Of a DNA stretch of 64,000 nucleotides, positions 36,242-49,875 are shown in pieces. Below the pieces are notes generated by a model that worked only from the letters and a program-made list of their open reading frames with translations, was not told the DNA's origin and did no database searches. The DNA is from Carcharhinus amblyrhynchos (lineage: Eukaryota). The stretch lies in NCBI GenBank assembly GCA_965287045.1, contig OZ336874.1:35526001-35590000 (forward strand), in the 5' to 3' direction. How positions within the stretch are numbered: the stretch's first letter is position 1; every line of letters begins with the position of its first letter. The position numbers and the translations under genes were made by a program.

Positions 36242-38779
36242 CTGTTGTTCAACTAATGCTGCAACCCTAATGCATAAAACAGATTACAATCTACTGAAGT
36301 ATCATCCAGTGAGTACTAAAAGGCACATTGTGACTGTGGGTATTTATGTATTAAATATGCCACTCTCAGTTGCACCTACACAATAATTGTAAAATTTGAG
36401 AGATTCAACTCTGCTTTGCGCAAAGTTAATTAAGTGTATATTGAAAATCAGGGTCTGATCAGATTCTGGAATGCAGTAAGCAGACTGAGACTGCCACCTC
36501 TGCTTCACTGGGTCCAGTTTGGCCCTGGTTTCAGACCTAACCTTATACCTTCTTTGCATTAATCCAGAGTAAAATTAATTAACACTGATCCAATATGAAA
36601 CTGATAAAAAACAATATTCATCAAAATATCATATCTGGAATTTGCATTCTCTGAGAAATCAGCAAGAAATAAAATGTGACAAATAAATCATGATCTAGGA
36701 ACACAGGTTCCAATGGTTATGAAAAATGTAAAAGAATTGAGGATACAGTAAAGATGTAAACTGTAGCCTGAAACTTGAATCTTCACCAACAGATACAAGA
36801 CCAATGGTTCCTAGAAAAGGGCAGCCTTAAAAACATCCCTTAGAAATTATTCTGAATAGCCCAATTATGAAAAATGTGTCCTCAGAAAAAGGAAAGCACA
36901 CTTAATTTTTGATGACTGAAAGAAAGTACACATCATGAAGTAGAAATGGATTTAAAAACTGTTTAACTCAAAAAAATAGAGCATTGGAAATCCTATTTTA
37001 TCTGCAAATTGCATCAAAAATAAGAGATAGTATTACACATGTTAAAGTTTCCTTGAGATTCACTTATGTAATAGAATGGAGATATTGTGGATAAAGCTAC
37101 TCTAAAATCCTTTTCGTCTAGTTAATAAATTGTACAGCAGTGTCATTATTATAAGCATTTCATTTCACAAGTCATTTTTGTAAGGGTGAAAATCAGGGTG
37201 GCTTTATTTTCTAATTTGGGGATTTATTTACTCATCATTCTTTGTCAAAAGAGATTTTCTTTAAGAAATTACAAATCAAGATATGTAGACTTTGTAAAAT
37301 CCTTTACCATTGAAGGGGCCAAATAAAAATTGTTAAAAACAAAAAATTTAACATCAATTTAAATGGTAGCATGTTAAAATTTCAGCACAAGGCTTTTATT
37401 TTGAATCCTGAAATAACAAACTCATTATATGGTTATCAACAATGGAACAAATTCTAATTTACTAGGTTGACAGAAGGATAACAGGGAAACCAAAACGAAG
37501 AGTTTATTAGAAAAAAAGCACTTGGTTTCTAAAATGACATTTAAAATAAAATCACTGCACCAAGAAGGTAATGTTATAATGATTTTATGACCCTAAGATT
37601 GGACAGGTGTCTCACACTCAGGACAATCACCCACATTACTCATGTATACATTTCACTGCTCCAGTAGATAATAAAACCTCTAGTAAAATTACTGTGCATT
37701 CCTTTATAATCTTTATAGGCCTTAAACCAGTTGTGTCATTCAAACATTGGAGAAAGCAGCATAATATAGCAATGCAAATTGGTCACCTACTCCCCTCCTT
37801 GTCTCTCAATCATAGCTTTTTTTTAAATATCATCTCTTTCTAGACTAATACAAACAAAGCTGAAGGTAAGCATAAAGGTTGAACACAGAACTTTAATGAG
37901 GATGCCACATGCGCTGCTTACTGTTCAGATTAAGATGACTGCTGCATCACATGACTTTGCATCAGATCCTGTGATGTTATTTACATCATATATTTAGATT
38001 AGTGTACTTTACATATTAACAAGCACACTATCACAGTATGTTGAAGACTGCTTCCCTACTCGAAACCAGTTTTCAGCATCTGGTCTCAATGCCTTCCCTC
38101 AAAAATGGTGACCTGCGCCTCGTTTTTGCAGTGGATAAAATTGTAGATTAGTCTTGGAAAGCGCATTCAGCTAGCTTCTCCAACTCCAGTCACCTACTCT
38201 CCACTGACAAGCTTCCAGTCTTGTATGAAAATTCCAAGTACAGCCTTTGTTGACCACCAGCACAATCTATGATGCGAGATCAGGATCCAGAAAAAGATTG
38301 GAAAGCAGAAAGTCAGAACTGATAGATTAGTGGAGGCCAGGATTGTGCTTCCACAGAATAAGTTACAACACCAAATATTATAATCATTACCTACAACTAA
38401 AGAAACTGGTTTCAGTTCACTATATATTCCGATAATTCTACCTTTCAAAACTGGAATCATTAAAAATGGTTTTGTATGTTAAATCGCATCATTCAAATAA
38501 CCATTTTACATTATATATAACCATTGACTATTGAACACTTCTACATAAGGTTGTAACATTGATCCTCAAAATTGGAAATACTGGGGAAAAATTGGCTAAC
38601 CACCAAAAACAGGTATTTGGGTTGTGGTTTGAAATTAACCCATCCCTGATCTTTGCATTGCTTTATGCAGCTACAACGTTGTCATGCTACTTTAAGTCAG
38701 TATACTGACTTAAACGAGTGCAGTGCAGTTGCAAGAAGTTGGGGGAAATCAAATGAATCTGTATTCCCCTACTTTGAAC

Positions 38780-39050
38780 AATGATTAAACATGCAGAAGA
38801 GTGAGCATCAAGGTTTTCAGACACTGCACCGGAGGTTTTGCTAGATGTGAGAAGGAGCAGAAATGTCCCCTTTTCAGGAAAGGGGCAGGAGATGCACAGA
38901 GTAGATTGGGGGAAATTATTTCCACTCATTGGGAAGCCCAGTACCTCGGGCAAAGTCAAAAAGTTAAAGCCAAATCATTCAGGAGTAAAATTATGACATG
39001 TTTCTTCATGTAAAGGGTAGAAAAGGTTTGGAACTCTTCCACAAATGGCT
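38780..39050 (+). mobile_element. Old CR1 3' fragment
   Basis: TTCTTCATGTAAAGGGTAGAAAAGGTTTGGAACTCT, a degenerate FFTQRVV..WNS region. Confidence 0.55.
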
Positions 39051-39089
39051 TAATCCTGTTCCAGTTGATCCCAAAGATCAACGCTAGCT

Positions 39090-40335
39090 GTGTTGCTCCT
39101 AGAACATATGGGTAATTACTCCATTCCACAGATGGTCTTCTTTTAAGTATAAGTGCGCTTCATTTTTTCCTCAATATCCCATTCTTAGACTCTAAAAGAA
39201 ATGACCTCAGGCTTTGTGTCTTTGCCAAATTCTTGGCCTTATTAATGCTGGTCTAATCCAAATTGATTCACCTGGTAACAGTTCTGGTAAATCATGCACT
39301 TTATGGTGTTGAATATACTTTCACCTCTGGACAACATTCATCCTCCTCCTCCTCCCTTACTCTCTTGACATAACCTGCATTTAGGCAATGAATTGGTGCA
39401 CGGGGAAGAACATGAGGTTGAGACCATAGTCTTCTCCCATCTGAAAACCTGATGGAACCAAACATGGTCTGATGTGGTGTAGAACGGTGGCTCAACTGTT
39501 TTAAGTTGATATTACCTTTCCTTTTCAATAAAGCTTTTATTGTTCTTACTCCTCTTTTGGCCACTCCCATTTGCTTGTGGGTACATTTTTGGATACATGA
39601 GTGAACTAAATTGTGTAGACAAACTCATAGTTTTCTGTAAGTTTCTTGAACCCTTCGTTTGCAAATTGTAGACCACTGTGTGCAACGACAAGCTCTGGAA
39701 TACCAGGTATGGCAAAAATTTCCATTAGTGAATAATTACTGCTTCTAAGGTTGTACCATGAAGACATTTAATCTCAATCCATTTGGAGTAGTAGTCAACA
39801 ACTATGAGGAATGTCTTCCACTTGAGCTCAAAAAGGTCCATTCTGACACATTCCCAAAGTCTGGATGGAAAAGAGGATAGCAGCAGCAGTTTCTTTAACT
39901 CTTAGCAACAGATTGTATAAGTCATGCAACTAGAAATCATTTACTCCAGTGGTTTTGAATTTTGTGCTCTAGTATGACACTTTATAATGCCCAGGTGTTC
40001 CTGGTGTATTCTTTGAAGGATCTGGAGTCTGAGGACTATCATAACAAATCAACAAGTCACCCACGATATAGAAACATAGAAATATAGAAACTAGAAGCAG
40101 GAGTAAGCCCTTTGACCCTTCAAGCCTGCTCTGCCATTCATCATGATCGTGGCTGGTCATCAAATTCAACATCCTGATCCACCCTTCCCCCTATCCCTCG
40201 ATCCCTTTAGCCCCAAGAGCTATATCTAATTTCTTCTTGAAATCACACAATGTTATCACAACAATATCAAGGTGTCTGTATTGTGTCATGAACCTGGTTG
40301 ATGTTATCTGCCAGGGTGTTGTGGTGCTGCATAAT
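39090..40335 (-). mobile_element. Ty3/Gypsy LTR retrotransposon pol remnant (integrase)
   Basis: Minus strand, frameshifted: FPSRLWECVRMDLFELKWKTFLIVVDYYSKWIEI, GIPELVV, YPQANG, GVRTIKALLK, RSTP, GRRL. Confidence 0.85.
40068..40250 (-). mobile_element. CR1 3' end nested in the Gypsy remnant
   Basis: (ATAGAAAC)n-type tail followed by AGCAGGAGTAAGCCCTTTGACCCTTCAAGCCTGCTC; similar to 11383-11570. Confidence 0.88.
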
Positions 40336-40540
40336 TTTCTTTACAGGAATTGCGTGAGGGGCCACGTGTGCAACGAGACCCAGTGAGGACAATAACCAAT
40401 AGTCGTGGTATAAGAATTAAAGACTATTTATTCCAATAAAGACACATATACACAAACAGCACTATAATAATCTAAGACAGTTATGTAGAGGAAACTACTA
40501 AACACAGCCACACAGCTGTGAGAGCACAGGGGGAGCTCGG
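40335..40540. mobile_element. Possible LTR fragment
   Basis: Non-coding, CpG-containing, polyA-like signals, adjacent to the Gypsy remnant and a G-rich tract. Confidence 0.3.
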
Positions 40541-40654
40541 CCGGGGTGGGGGGGGGGAGGAGGAGGAGGAGGAATAATCTAACTACTCCTTCCTTGCAAC
40601 ATGAAGCATCATTCTAAAATGTTTTCTGAAATTCCGATTTTAGTCAAAGAATCA

Positions 40655-40810
40655 CATAATCCCTAAAATGCTAAAGGAGCCCATTTAGCCCATCAACTCT
40701 GCACCGCCTCTGACAGAGTGCCTTACTCAGGCCTCCTCCGCCTCTCCACCCTATCCTTGCAACCCCACACATTTACCATGTCTAATCCATCTAACATATA
40801 CATCTTGTGA
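40655..40810 (-). mobile_element. HE1 SINE 3' fragment
   Basis: CCCATTTAGCCCATCAACTCTGCACC..CCCTATCC..AACCCCACACATTTACCATG. Confidence 0.75.
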
Positions 40811-40839
40811 CAATGGCCAAAGCACCCAACCTTCACTGC

Positions 40840-41125
40840 AGCGTTAGCACTGCTGCCTCACAGCACCAGGTACCTGGGTTCGATTCCTGGTTTGATTCAA
40901 TGTCTGTGCGAAGCTTATACATTCCTCCCATGTCTGCATGGGTTTCCTCCAGTTTACTCCTACAATTCGAAAAACGTGCTGGTTTGGTATACTGGCCATG
41001 TTAAATTCTCCTTCACTGTACCCATGTACCCAAACACTGGAGTGTGGCAACTAGGGGATTTTCACAGTAACTTCATTGCAGTGTTAATGCAAGTCCACTT
41101 GTGATGCCAATAAAATAAACTAAAA
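40840..41125 (+). mobile_element. V-type SINE with the alternative (Rex1/Babar-like) tail
   Basis: GTTAGCACTGCTGCCTCACAGC, GGTTCGATTCC, V-domain, tail GGGGATTTTCACAGTAACTTCATTGCAGTG..TGTGATGCCAATAAAATAAAC. Confidence 0.88.
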
Positions 41126-44100
41126 ATCTTTGGACTGCCCCATTTGAATTAGAGGCAAGGAAGGTGAGGCAGCTGCATCAGACTACATAAGTGCATGGAA
41201 TAATAATTCTTTTATGAGATGCTTTAAAACACAGAGTTCATATTTATTTTACGTATTGTATGTTGATCAAAATACACAAACTTTAATAATCAACCAAATG
41301 TTATGAGGCTACATTATTGCCATGTTTTTATTGGCATTTGGGACTCAAGTTGTAAAATGGGGTCGTATTGGAAAATACTTTGGGAAGCACTTCACTAGCC
41401 ATCAGATAGATTTTATTCCATGTGATTAAGGAGATCTTGCATCTTTGTAATGAGGTGAAAAATGTTCCTTCACTTTCAAGAGAAAATTCTTAGCTTAACA
41501 ACTAATGGGAGACCTCTGGGATTCAAAATTTGTGCTACTTTGGCCAAATACTTAAGAGAATTTCATAACTGAGCCAGAAAAGAAAATTAGCAATTTAAGA
41601 ATGAATATAAATTATTTTACAGGCATGGGTAGAATAATCAGCCAGCTCTTCCCATTAAATAGTTGAGTAGAATTCCTAACCATCACTACTTACGAATGGG
41701 GTTGGCACTGTATTGTTAACACCATTATAATAGATATATTAACTCCTCACACCAATGAAGTTACCAGCACACATTATAATTGTGATAGTTCTGCTACTTT
41801 TTAGGCACTGGATTTTCTGTATCCTTTGTTCTGTCTAAATGCAAAATAGTTGGAAGCTTTACTATGCAACCTATGTTACAGGTCTGAAGTTTCCTCAGGA
41901 AATAAAGTGAGAAGAATCTAATGAAATCAAACTGTTGATACTCTACTGTTGCTCAAACACCATGAACAACAGCCTTTTAAAATGATTGTTATTCAACTTC
42001 TATTTATAGTAGTTCTGCAAAAATATTACCTGTTAATTGTGTATGAATGTAACAGTTTTCCAACATGCAAACAAGGGTCTATTTATGAACACACTCTTAC
42101 TTCCTGACAAAAGCCCCTCACTGAGAACAGCTGTCCTCAGAACTTAAACAGAACGTTATTGTTGCAGTGAACATATTCAACTCAAATTTCAAACATGATG
42201 GTTAGACATCTGTTCTGGGGTTTTTAATTATTTTCACTAATGCTTCAGTCAAAATCTGCAGTAGTATCGATCAAAAATAAATATTTGTGGAAATGTTGAT
42301 TCAAGTGCATTTAATGCAGCATACTCTGTAGTAACTGATGCACGTTGTGTCCTGAAAATTGTGCTTTCCAATGGCTCAGCATCTACAATTCTTTTCTTGT
42401 ATTAACTTATATCTGAACTCACTAAATTGACATGATCCAATTTTTATTTGGAAAATATGTTCAAAATTATTTGAGTAAGAAGCTTGGACAAATTCTGACA
42501 AGCCTTTTCTTTTAGGTATCCTTGTTTGCACTATGGTCAAGTTCCTTCTTTTGGTCCAGTTTGAACATCCTTTAGAAACACAGCTAACATCTGTCGGCAT
42601 CTATGTTTTGTAGGCTTATCATTGTAGCTTCTGGGAGGAACTAAGTGTTTGTAGGCAGCCTGCTCATTTATGCTTTTTTTCTTGTATTTCTGCCTCCCGC
42701 TCATGTGATTTTCACAACCACCCTATATAGCCAGACTGTCTGTTCCATTTTCAGCCAGACAGGAGGTTGTGGGAGGTTAACCATCCACACTGATCATTTC
42801 CCTGGACATCTACAGGGCTGTCCGTATGATCCACCTATTTCCGTAGTGGTCCAGTGATTCTATACATTTGAGACAACAAACTCATGGGCTCTTCCATTGA
42901 TGTTACACTAATAATTCCCCCTGCTTTGACTTGAGATTTGTACTGTTAACTCAGGAGGTGTAAAATAATATTTCAAAGTAGTTTCAAAATAAGGTATTTA
43001 TTACAAACTTTTCTTTACTCATTTTTACTTGAAGGAATACCCCAAGTAACATATTCCACATATAAAAGTGAATAATTAAAAGATACCAGAAACAGACTCT
43101 CAAGTAGCATCTTTTGCAACACAAGAGACACAGTCTCCGACATACACAATTTAACTGGAGGCAGCCGGTGCCACGATGCTCTGTCAATGTTTTTTTGCTT
43201 TTGGTAATCAAATTCTTTTCATCTACCACCTACACAGTTGATGAATTCATCTGCTACAGTTTCCTCCTCTAATCCCACAGGGACCTTTCTGTTAGTTAAC
43301 TGGACGGCAACTGAAAGATACAAACCGGCACTTGAGGCGCTCAGCAAATGGACTCAAGGGTCCAAGAATAGCATAGCATTTCAAGACACTAATTAAAATA
43401 TTGATGACAAGATTCTTTCCTCCTTTCTCTAGTTGCTATATTTAGCTATGCAAAAATATTTTCCTTCAGTATGTTTTATACATATAATGCATTATACATA
43501 TAATATTAAATTCATTAAGTAGTGGCTTTGTATGTCATTACTTCAAAATATTTTGACCTCAAATTGAGCAATTTATGAACACTAAGAAAATGTAAAATTT
43601 CTAATCATGAATTAGCTTCCAATCCAATCTCATTTTAAAATGAAATCTTTTCAATGAACAACTTTATAACAGTGCCATTCTCAAACAGTGAGACCTTCAA
43701 AAGCACAAAGTAAAAAAGGAAAATGTATATGCTAATTTAAATGTATTATATGTATTTATGATATGCTTTACAAATGGTTGCCATATAGTATGGAAGAGGG
43801 GATTCCAAGGAGGGAGCTTCAACGTGATCATTTTTCTGCAGCAGTGCTTGACCACTTTGCAAGCCTTCAAAGCAGGAATTCAGTTTTAAGGACTTAACTC
43901 ATACACATAGATCAGATGTATTTTTGAAGTTGACTGTGAAACTAGTAGAACTCAACATCAGATCCAATTGTTTTAAGCATTTTTGAAAAAGAGGTCTTGC
44001 ATGACATTTCAATGTGCTCTTTAATAACTGTTTAATACCTATTAACCTTTTTTTTAAAGAAAATGGGACCAACAATTTGGCAGATTAGAAAACGCCATTA

Positions 44101-46179
44101 TAGCAAGATGTGAGTTTCTGCTTCAGCTAGGCCATCTATAGAAACTGTTTCCTCATTATGCAGTAATCTATGACACTACATCAACCTATGGCTTTTTTAT
44201 ACACTTCCTAGCAGACAGTTCCAGAATGTTATTGATATTGGAGTTGAATCACACTACCAGACCACACATGAAGTGAAGCAAAAAATCCAATAAAAAGTGA
44301 GTAATTAAGAACTAAATGATGATGCAAAAAGGCATTTTCTAGGACATGCTGTGTTTAAATTTTTTAAAAAGCTATTTAAATTTAAACGGAGCCCAAGTTT
44401 TGCCAGGATTCAGTACTTCTTATCAACATATTTACTGCAAAAGGGTTCTAAAATCATAATTTAAAGGAACATATTTCAGGGTATTAAAATCACTGCTTGG
44501 ACCATCTGAGAAAAATCACCTTGCGATTCTAATTTTTTGGTTTCTTTTCGAGTTTTAAATTTTCAATAGAGGAAAAAAACTTGCATTTACTTAAATCCTT
44601 TAATGATCTCAAGAAGTCCAAAAGCGCATTAAAGCCAACTAAGTACTTTATTTAAAAGTGTAATCAGTATACTAAAATTTAAATAATTTTTTTGGTATCA
44701 TAATTCCTTGGCTGTATTTCCAGTCAGAGCAAATATTAATGGCGTTTCTGAGGCTGGGCATTGAAATATCATGTTTCCTTACTCAGTTCAAGCAACTCTA
44801 CTATTTAATTGAACCTCAAGGGTACAGCAAGGGAGAGAGGCAAGTGTCATCGGGGTCCGAATTTGCTATTAAAGCAATGGCGAGGCTAATACTACTCAGC
44901 TTAACTCAAAAAATGCTGCAACTTCAGGTGAGGAGTTACGAGTACACCAAAGTTGTGCGGCCAGATCACAAACAGTATCTTTCTGGCTCACCACTGACAT
45001 TCTTGGAATGACATAAAAAGGTGCTGTATTTGTGCAGTAGAAAGAAACAGACCTCATCACAAGAAGTTACATGTAGCCATTACAACTTCCAGTGTCTTTT
45101 AACAATGTAATAATTGTAAATTACTTCCAATCAACCCATCTGGGACTGTAAGCTAACCATTACAAGTATGATACTTCAATCTGTCAGATAATTTTTGATG
45201 GAGATTGTTCTTTTCTATCTCTTTTCCTTCTCTCAACCAGTTCTATGTGTCTATTTCTTTTTATTTAAATGGATATTGGATTCTCCCACTTGAATTCACC
45301 TTTTTTCAGTCCTTCTGCTGCTTATTTTCCAAACTTTATGATTATGAACGTACATTTTTGACTGCCATGATCACTCAGATCTCAGATGCCCTGGTTCTCT
45401 GGGCATTTCTAGCTGAAATGTACTGGGGCAAGTCTAATTAACAGCAGGCAGCAGTAGACACACTGCTATAGCAGAGACTGACCCTATACGTCACCTCTCC
45501 TTTTTCAAACTCCAAATAAAAACTTATGTTGCTAAACAGCATTCCAATTTGCATATGTAGGTCACACTGGCATGATGACCTTCAGATATCACTAGCAGAC
45601 AGCAGATTATCTGATTGCCTCCATCTATACAGGAAGGAGACACTCATGAGGATAACTTTGACAGTTCCAACTGCACGAGGTAAAGTTTTAGGAGAGGAGA
45701 GGGTGCTGATTTCTCCATGCAGTTTGAGTTAATTTCTGGAGGGAGAACGACTCCCCAGTATCACTGCCAAAAATCAGAGATGCAAGAATGTCTGAAGTCC
45801 TCAGCCAACACCAAAACATTGTTACGAGATCCTTGTGCACCATCAATTCTCATACATATTGATGAATAACAAGAAAAGAAACGCAACATTTCAAAAGTCA
45901 ATTTCAACTTATGTTCACAACAAATCTAAATGGCAATTTTCATCCAATATTTTGTCATCTCCAAATACATCATGTAACCAATATATCACACACTATCTTC
46001 CATCAAAATTAGTTTGCAATTTTCTGTCAAGCTATCCCATTAAATATATAATGGATGATCAAGCAAAATTAATACACATTTCACGTGTTTCATTTAATGT
46101 AAAACATGCTCTACAATGCTCAGAATGAACTAAACTATACAGATTTTGCAAATGAATATCAAAACTTTTTTTTAAACAT

Positions 46180-47310
46180 AAGAAATACAATTATGCCATA
46201 CCACTCTTCAAGCCTGCCCTGCAATTCACTGAGATAGATCATGGTCGATCTGATCTTGGCCTCAAGTCCACTTTCCTGCTTGTTCCCCAAAATTCTTGAT
46301 TCCCCCTTAGTACTAGAATCTGCCTATCTCTATATTTAATGACTCTAACCCAGAGTTGGGGAGGCTGAGAATTCCAAAAATTCATAACCTTCAGAGAAGA
46401 AACTCTCCCTCATCTTGATCTTAACTGAGCAAATACTTATTCTAAAACCTTTCTCCCTAATCCTAGATTTCCCCATAAGGGGAAAATATAATTCAGCATC
46501 TACCCTGTCTAGCACACGCAGAAGCTCAAATGTTTCAATAAGGTCAACTCTCATTCCCAACATGCCCAACTTTTCCTCAAAAGATAATGCCTTCATTGCA
46601 CTAATCAATCTAGTGACCTTCCCTGAACAAACCCAATGCAATTATATCCCCCCTCAAAACTGCATGCAGTACTCCAGGGTTCAGTTTCAGCAACACCCCC
46701 TATAATAATACCAAGATTTCCCTACTTTTTATACAATGCTCCTTTTGCCTTTCTAGTAAGTGCTATGGTTTCATGCTAATTTGGATTTTATGTAAAAGAA
46801 CATCCAAATTCCTTTGTAAAGTGGCATTTTGTAATCTCTATTTAAATATTCTGCTTTTATGTTCTATTACCAGAGTAGATAATAATCTTATATTTCCTTA
46901 TGTTATATCTGTCAAATTTCTGCCCACTTTACCACAAAATCCTTACAGTGCAGAAAGGTCATTCGGTCCACTGAGTCTGTACAACTCTGTGAAAAAGCAT
47001 CCCACCCAGACCCTGCCTTCCACCCTATCCGTGTAACCCTGCACACGGACAATGGTTAATCCAGCTAACTGACACATCTTTAGACTGCGGGAGGAAACCA
47101 CAGCACCTGGATGAAACCCATGCAGAATCGGGAGAATGTGCAACTTCATACAATCACCCAAGGCTGGAATTGAACATAGGCCCCTTGCTCTGTGAGGCAG
47201 CAGTGCTAATCACTGTATTGCCATCTATCTATATCCCTTTGCAGGCTCTCTGTGCCATCCTCAACTTCCCTCCTCTGTATCAGCAGCAAATTTGGTTACA
47301 ATACACACTA
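46180..47310 (-). mobile_element. Old CR1 3' portion interrupted by an HE1 SINE
   Basis: MRVDLIETFELLRVLDRVDAE on the minus strand; AACATAAGAAAT tail at ~46180. Confidence 0.78.
46935..47222 (-). mobile_element. HE1-type V-SINE
   Basis: Reverse of the GTGATTAGCACTGCTGCCTCACAG head; V-domain; tail ACAGTGCAGAAAGGTCATTCGGTCCA on the plus strand. Confidence 0.85.
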
Positions 47311-47342
47311 TCCTCTATCCAGTACAGTATCATAGATTGGTG

Positions 47343-47890
47343 GTCTACCCAAAATTAACCTGGAAAGGCTAACTGTCTCAAAGCTTTGAACAACAGGTTA
47401 AGCAAGAGATTTCACATGCTACTACACAGTGACTATGCAAATTGTATTTTCTACCAACAGGATGGTGCTGTCAGTCCATAAAATATATTCTGCCTGACAC
47501 ACAATTGAATAACATTATTTATGAATTTCAGTGTCAGTGCAATGCCAGGCACGTAGCCCTTACATCAAAACAATTGGCTGATCAAACCAAACCGCAAGTT
47601 CCTTCAGTTATTCGGTTTATTAATAGGCAGACTAGAGTCTGGTCTCAACCAGCCCACACTTGCAAAACACAAAACAAAATGTCTATTCTTAAATGTGATT
47701 CTACATTTGGGCAGCACTTAAACAATCCTGAATGTGCTAATAGCTACACTAACAGCAAATTTAAGATAATCAATTGACCTCATAACTTGGCTCTTTTACA
47801 CTTGCTAAAATAGGCCTACATTCGTACACAGAGATCCATTCTCTGCAAACAAAAGGAATATGTTCAAGCTATGCACTATTTTTGAATTAT
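47343..47890 (+). mobile_element. Penelope-like element remnant: linker plus GIY-YIG endonuclease
   Basis: NNIIYEFQCQCNARHVALTSKQLADQTKPQVP resembles the VIY-x3-CxC-x3-YVGxTxxxLxxRxxxH motif; STFGQHL; FKII; downstream ILCKQKE. Confidence 0.8.
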
Positions 47891-48299
47891 TTTTGGTTGC
47901 AATTTAATTCCATTTGCCTGTCCTGTTTGAGTATTATTTTATCCCCTTATCTTTCAAGTAACTATTCTCTTCTGAAATGTTGACATGGTTGCTGCTTTTA
48001 TCTCTAACTCAGACAGTACATTCTGCATTCATACAACATTCGATGCAAAAAAATTCTCCTAGTCAATACCTTAATTTTTTTTTTACAGTAGGCATATATG
48101 TTGGTTACCAGAACTCATGCATGGCAAATTAGAATGCTATTATGTGACTTGTCAACTTGTTGGTATTTGCTAATGAAAATCAAAGCAAGAGTTAAGTGTC
48201 TCATGTAGTCTCATCCTTGTCCAACGTCATTCCAGCATATGCCAACATAAGAGTTCTTTCGCATGAATACAGAACTTGTTTGAACGTGTTAACATCTAA

Positions 48300-49770
48300 T
48301 CAGGTGTACAGAGGGATCTGGGTGCTCCGGTATATGAATCAAGAAAACTTAGTATGCAGATACAGCAAGTAATTAGGAAGACAAATGGAATGTTGTCATT
48401 TATTGCAATGGAAATGGAATATAAAAGGTAGGGATCTAACAAAGGAAATTAAGGATAGTTTTGGGTCCAAAGAACAGCCATATAAAGTTGCTAGAAAAAG
48501 TAGCAAGGCTGAGGATTGGAGCAGATTAGAATTCAGCAAAAGAGACTAAGAGATTGATTAAGAGGAATAGAGTGTGAAAAGTAAATTTGCAAGTAACATA
48601 AAAACAGACTGTAAAAGCTTTGATAAAAATATGTAAAAATAAAAAAATTAGTGAAGACAAATATAGATCCCATATAGTCTGAATAAGAAGATTTATAATA
48701 TGACAGAGTAATTGAACAACCACTTTAGTTGCGTCCTCACAGAGGAAGACACAAATAACTTCCCAGAAATGCTAGGGAACCAAAGGTCTAGTGAGAAGGA
48801 GGAACTGAAGAAAATTAGTATTAATAAAGACGAGAAATTAATGGAACGAAAGTTGATAAATCCTCAGGGTCTGATAATCTACATCCCAGGATACTAAAAA
48901 AGGTGGCCATGAAAATAGTGCAAGGGTTAGTTATCATCTTCTAAAATTCTGTATATTCTGGAACAGTCCAACAGACTGGAGGATGGCAACTATAATTTTC
49001 AGAAAGCTTCTCATAAAGTCCCACTTTTGATGTGCAAAATTAGACCAAATGGGATTGGACAAATATATGGGCATGAATTGAGAATGAGTTAGAAGAAAGG
49101 AAACAGAGTAGGAATAAATGGACCATTTTCGAAATGCCAGGCAGTGGTGGCCCACAAGGATCAGTGCTTGGGCACCAGCTATTTACAATATACATCAATA
49201 ATTTGGATGAGGGAACCAAATGCCATATTTCCAAGTTTGCTGACAATACAATACTTGCTGGGAATGTGAGTAATGAGGAGGATGTTAAGGGACTTCAAGG
49301 TGATTTAGACACACTGAGTGAATGGATAAACACACGGCAGATGCAGTATAACATGGATAAGTGTGAAATCATCAACATGGTATCATAGGATCCCAATAGT
49401 GCAGAAGGAGGCTATTCAGCCCTTCAAGCCTGCAACAACAATCTCACGAAGACCCTATCCCCATAACCCCACATATTTACCCTGCCAGTCAGTCTGACAC
49501 TAAGGGGCAATTTAGTATGGCCCATCAATATTACCCACACATCTTTGGAGAACTTGGGATGGAAAAATAGCAAGGCAGAGTATTATTTAAATGATCACAG
49601 AATGGGGACCTGGAAGTCTTAGTACACCAGTCACTGAAGGCAGTTAGTAAGGAAAATGGTATGTTGGCCTTCACTGCAAGAGGTACAAGAACTTACTGCA
49701 GCAGTTCAGGGCTTAGTAAGCAGTGTATGCAGTTTGGGTCTCTTTATCGAAGAAAGGATATATTTGACCA
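48300..49770 (+). mobile_element. Decayed CR1 fragments, with an HE1 fragment at ~49385-49548 (-)
   Basis: LNNHFSCVLTEED, PQGSVLGHQLFTIYINNLDEG, ISKFADNT. Confidence 0.82.
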
Positions 49771-49875
49771 AACTTTTGGTTATTGATCTCATATCTTTCT
49801 TTGTGACTCAGTGACACATTTTGCTATGATGTGCCCCAAAACATTTTATTAGTCAAAAAAAATACATAAACATAA

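Noticed and set aside
42376-42600. ORF MPTDVSCVSKGCSN.. as a THAP domain
   Set aside because: Only the first CxxxxC resembles THAP; the downstream FP, W, CxxHF and AVP motifs are absent
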